A DNA stretch of 64,000 bases from Ostrea edulis. Lineage: Eukaryota. Made by a program: the position numbers and the translations under genes. Shown piece after piece: positions 61,352 to 64,000 of the stretch. The stretch covers positions 10,850,001 to 10,914,000 of the forward strand of contig NC_079165.1 of assembly GCF_947568905.1 (NCBI RefSeq), in the 5' to 3' direction. Below the pieces are notes generated by a model. The model saw nothing but the letters and a program-made list of their open reading frames with translations, was not told the DNA's origin and did no database searches. How positions within the stretch are numbered: the stretch's first letter is position 1; the number at the start of each line of letters is the position of its first letter.

Positions 61352-62815
61352 TTGATGTTGTAATATCATCATGTGATGTTGTAATGTTACCATGCGATGT
61401 TGTAATATCATCATGCGATGTTGTAATGTTACCATGCGATGTTGTAATATCATCATGCGATGTTGTAATATCATCATGCGATGTGGTAATGTCATCATGT
61501 GATGTTGTAATGTCATCATGCGATGTTGTAATGTCATCATGTGATGTGGTAATGTCATCATGTGATGTTGTAATATCATCATGTGATGTGGTAATGTCAT
61601 CATGTGATGTGGTAATATCATCATGTGATGTTGTAATGTCATCATGTGATGTTGTAATGTCATCTGTGATGTGGTAATGTCATCATGTGATGTGGTAATG
61701 TCATCATGTGATGTAATGTCATCATGCGATGTGGTAATGTCATCATGCGATGTAGTCCGAAATATCTGACGTTTTCCTGACTTTTTTATGATTTTGATAT
61801 TTACCGTGCCAGGAAAACGTCAGAACCGGCGCCATTACGTAAACTGGCAATTCGCCGCCTCCAACTGGAGGCGGCATTCTCGGGCCGATTTTAAATACTT
61901 TGGAGTCGAATTCAATGTTAAACTCATAATTAATCAATAAAACGATGCTTCTTGTACTTACTAATATCGGTTTTATGGGTTCTTTCAACACATAAAAGTG
62001 TCTTGAAAACATTTTAAGAAACTGTTGAGCTTTGTTTTGCGTCACGTGACTCGTTCGCTCAAATGACAGCGAAACTTCGGTTGACTACAATTGTGTGCTT
62101 CTGTTATCAAATTTTGGAGTGGTATTTTCTTTTCATCGATATCAGTAAGTACAAGAAGTATCGTTTTGTTGATTAATTATGAGTTTAACATTGAATTCGA
62201 CTCCAAAGTATTCCAGTTTACGTAATGGCACCGGTTCTGACGTTTTCCTGGCACGGTATATATCAAAATCATAAAAAAGCCAGGAAAACGTCAGATATTT
62301 CGGACTACATGCGATATTGTAATGTCCTCATGTGATGTTGTAATGTCCTCATGTGATGTTGTAATGTCATCATGTGATGTGGTAATGTCATCCTGTGATG
62401 TGGTAATGTTATCATGTGATGTTGTAATGTCATCATGTGATGTGGTAATGTCATCCTGTGATGTGGTAATGTTATCATGTGATGTTGTAATGTCATCATG
62501 TGATGTGGTAATATCATCATGCGATGTTGTAATGTCATCATGTGATGTGGTAATGTCATCATGTGATGTGGTAGTGTTATCATTTGATGCTGTAATATCA
62601 TCATGCGATGTTGTAATGTCAGCAAGCGATGTTGTAATGTCATCATATGATGTAATGTCATCATGTGATGTTATCATGTGATGTGTTATTGTCATCACGT
62701 GATGTTGTAATGTCAGCAAGTGATGTTGTAATGTCATCATGTGATGTGTTATTGTCATCATATGATGTTGTGATGTCATCATGCGATTTGGAAATATCAC
62801 GTGATGTAGTAATGT
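61352..62815. repeat. 21-bp minisatellite (CATCATGTGATGTTGTAATGT) split in two by a TIR element
   Basis: Arrays at about 61352-61751 and 62309-62815, same orientation. Confidence 0.9.
61752..62308. mobile_element. Non-autonomous TIR element with long inverted arms
   Basis: GTAGTCCGAAATATCTGACG.. (61752-61969) is inverted at 62137-62308; ATGCGAT on both flanks (register ambiguous). Confidence 0.85.
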
Positions 62816-63738
62816 CATAATACATGTATAATATGGTATAATCATTACGTAATGTGGTTATATACTATGTTATACATTTATTATCTGTGATAATTCTTCG
62901 GAATACTGTGTAATCTATTTTTTTCCATCCACATCACGCATTGAGATATTACCACAACACGTAACGAGAATCAGTCGTGAATGGGAGTTCAAAACCATAA
63001 AAGTTCAAATCTATTTGACAAACAGAAGTAAATTGTACAATTTAATCTTTATTTTGTAATTCATGATTATAACAGCCTTGGCAGTGAAAAGGGCTAGTGA
63101 AAAAACCCAAACAAACAAAAAACAATGCAATTTACAAAATGGCAAGTGCAAATATGATACATACCTGGAAACGAAAAATTATGGGAAATAATAATTTCAG
63201 CCTCTTATCCTGCAATTGCTGATTGTATGATTAATTCTCGGAGATTGTATGAAACTTTGGGTTGAAATTTATTACGAAGAATAAAATGAGACCCTATTGT
63301 TGCAGTATGTATTCAGTTTAGATGACACATCGGAGCTGATTTCCTCTTCTGTCACATGTATAACTTGTAGTCCTTGTCCAGCCATACAATATGAGCGATA
63401 CATTCAATACTAGTGGGCGATATGTGAGTAATAAATTTTATAATGACGCCTGGCTATATTGAGTACTGTAGATGTCGTGTAGATTACAATAAACGTAACC
63501 CAATATAATGGTTAATCACAGTTTCGCTATAAATGATAAACCGAGTTTACCACCAGTGTTCCTATCAGCTAAACAAATTAAAGGACTGTCAATTTCTATG
63601 TCCAACATAACATTGGTATTCCTACATAGTGTATGTATATAGGGACATTAGAACACAGTTCTCTAAGAAAAACATTGTTTGAGATAAACATGAAGATGAT
63701 AAAACAAATACAGACAAAATGAGCTAGAGTGTAGTAAG

Positions 63739-63882
63739 TTAAGAAAAGCAAACGGGTCCGACTTCGAATCCAAATTCCTGATGCGACTGTCCGTAGTCCG
63801 TTGGTATAAAGTCAATAATTGGTAAGCTTTGAACTGCCTTTGTTGATATTTCGAAGATGGCTTTTCCATCGCTACTCCTTGA
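63739..63882 (-). CDS. Terminal exon of a fibrillar collagen (C-propeptide/COLFI domain end)
   Basis: After the TTTTTCAG acceptor, phase 0 gives SRSSDGKAIFEISTKAVQSLPIIDFIPTDYGQSHQEFGFEVGPVCFS*. This matches the fibrillar collagen ending 'GK..EY.T....LPIID..P.D.G...QEFG..VGPVCF'. Upstream exons lie beyond the window. Confidence 0.9.
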   Translation of the reverse strand, partial: SRSSDGKAIFEISTKAVQSLPIIDFIPTDYGQSHQEFGFEVGPVCFS

Positions 63883-64000
63883 CTGAAAAAAACAAGATAT
63901 TGACATCCTAAACATAATGTCTGTTGCTGGATAATTTGGTCAGGTAAGAAGTAATGGTGATTGACAGGGGTGTAACAAATAGAAGTGTAGGCACCAAGCG

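Noticed and set aside
61262-62845. His/Met-rich or SCDVVMS repeat ORFs resembling metal-binding proteins
   Set aside because: Several frames are open because the unit is 21 bp; no signal peptide or splice support, and the array is split by a transposon.

Overview
AT-rich, intron-containing animal genomic DNA. The repeat families and gene content point to a bivalve, most likely an oyster (inference). From left to right it holds: (1) seven exons of a minus-strand WD40 gene resembling WDR38, whose splice sites have been tandemly amplified; (2) a nest of DNA transposons and MITEs at 9-16.5 kb; (3) a tandem cluster of intronless Cys-loop (nAChR-like) receptor genes lacking the acetylcholine-binding residues (two intact, one with a single nonsense codon, one fragment), interleaved with L2/CR1, Tx1 and Penelope-like retroelements; (4) a three-exon coiled-coil C1q-domain gene; (5) three secreted Gly/Tyr-rich genes, each ending in a separately encoded hydrophobic tail; (6) hammerhead-like retrozyme copies, SINEs and minisatellites; (7) the last exon of a fibrillar collagen. 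Exon structures and RNA folds were worked out by hand. No database searches were run, and repeat boundaries are approximate unless a TSD is given.
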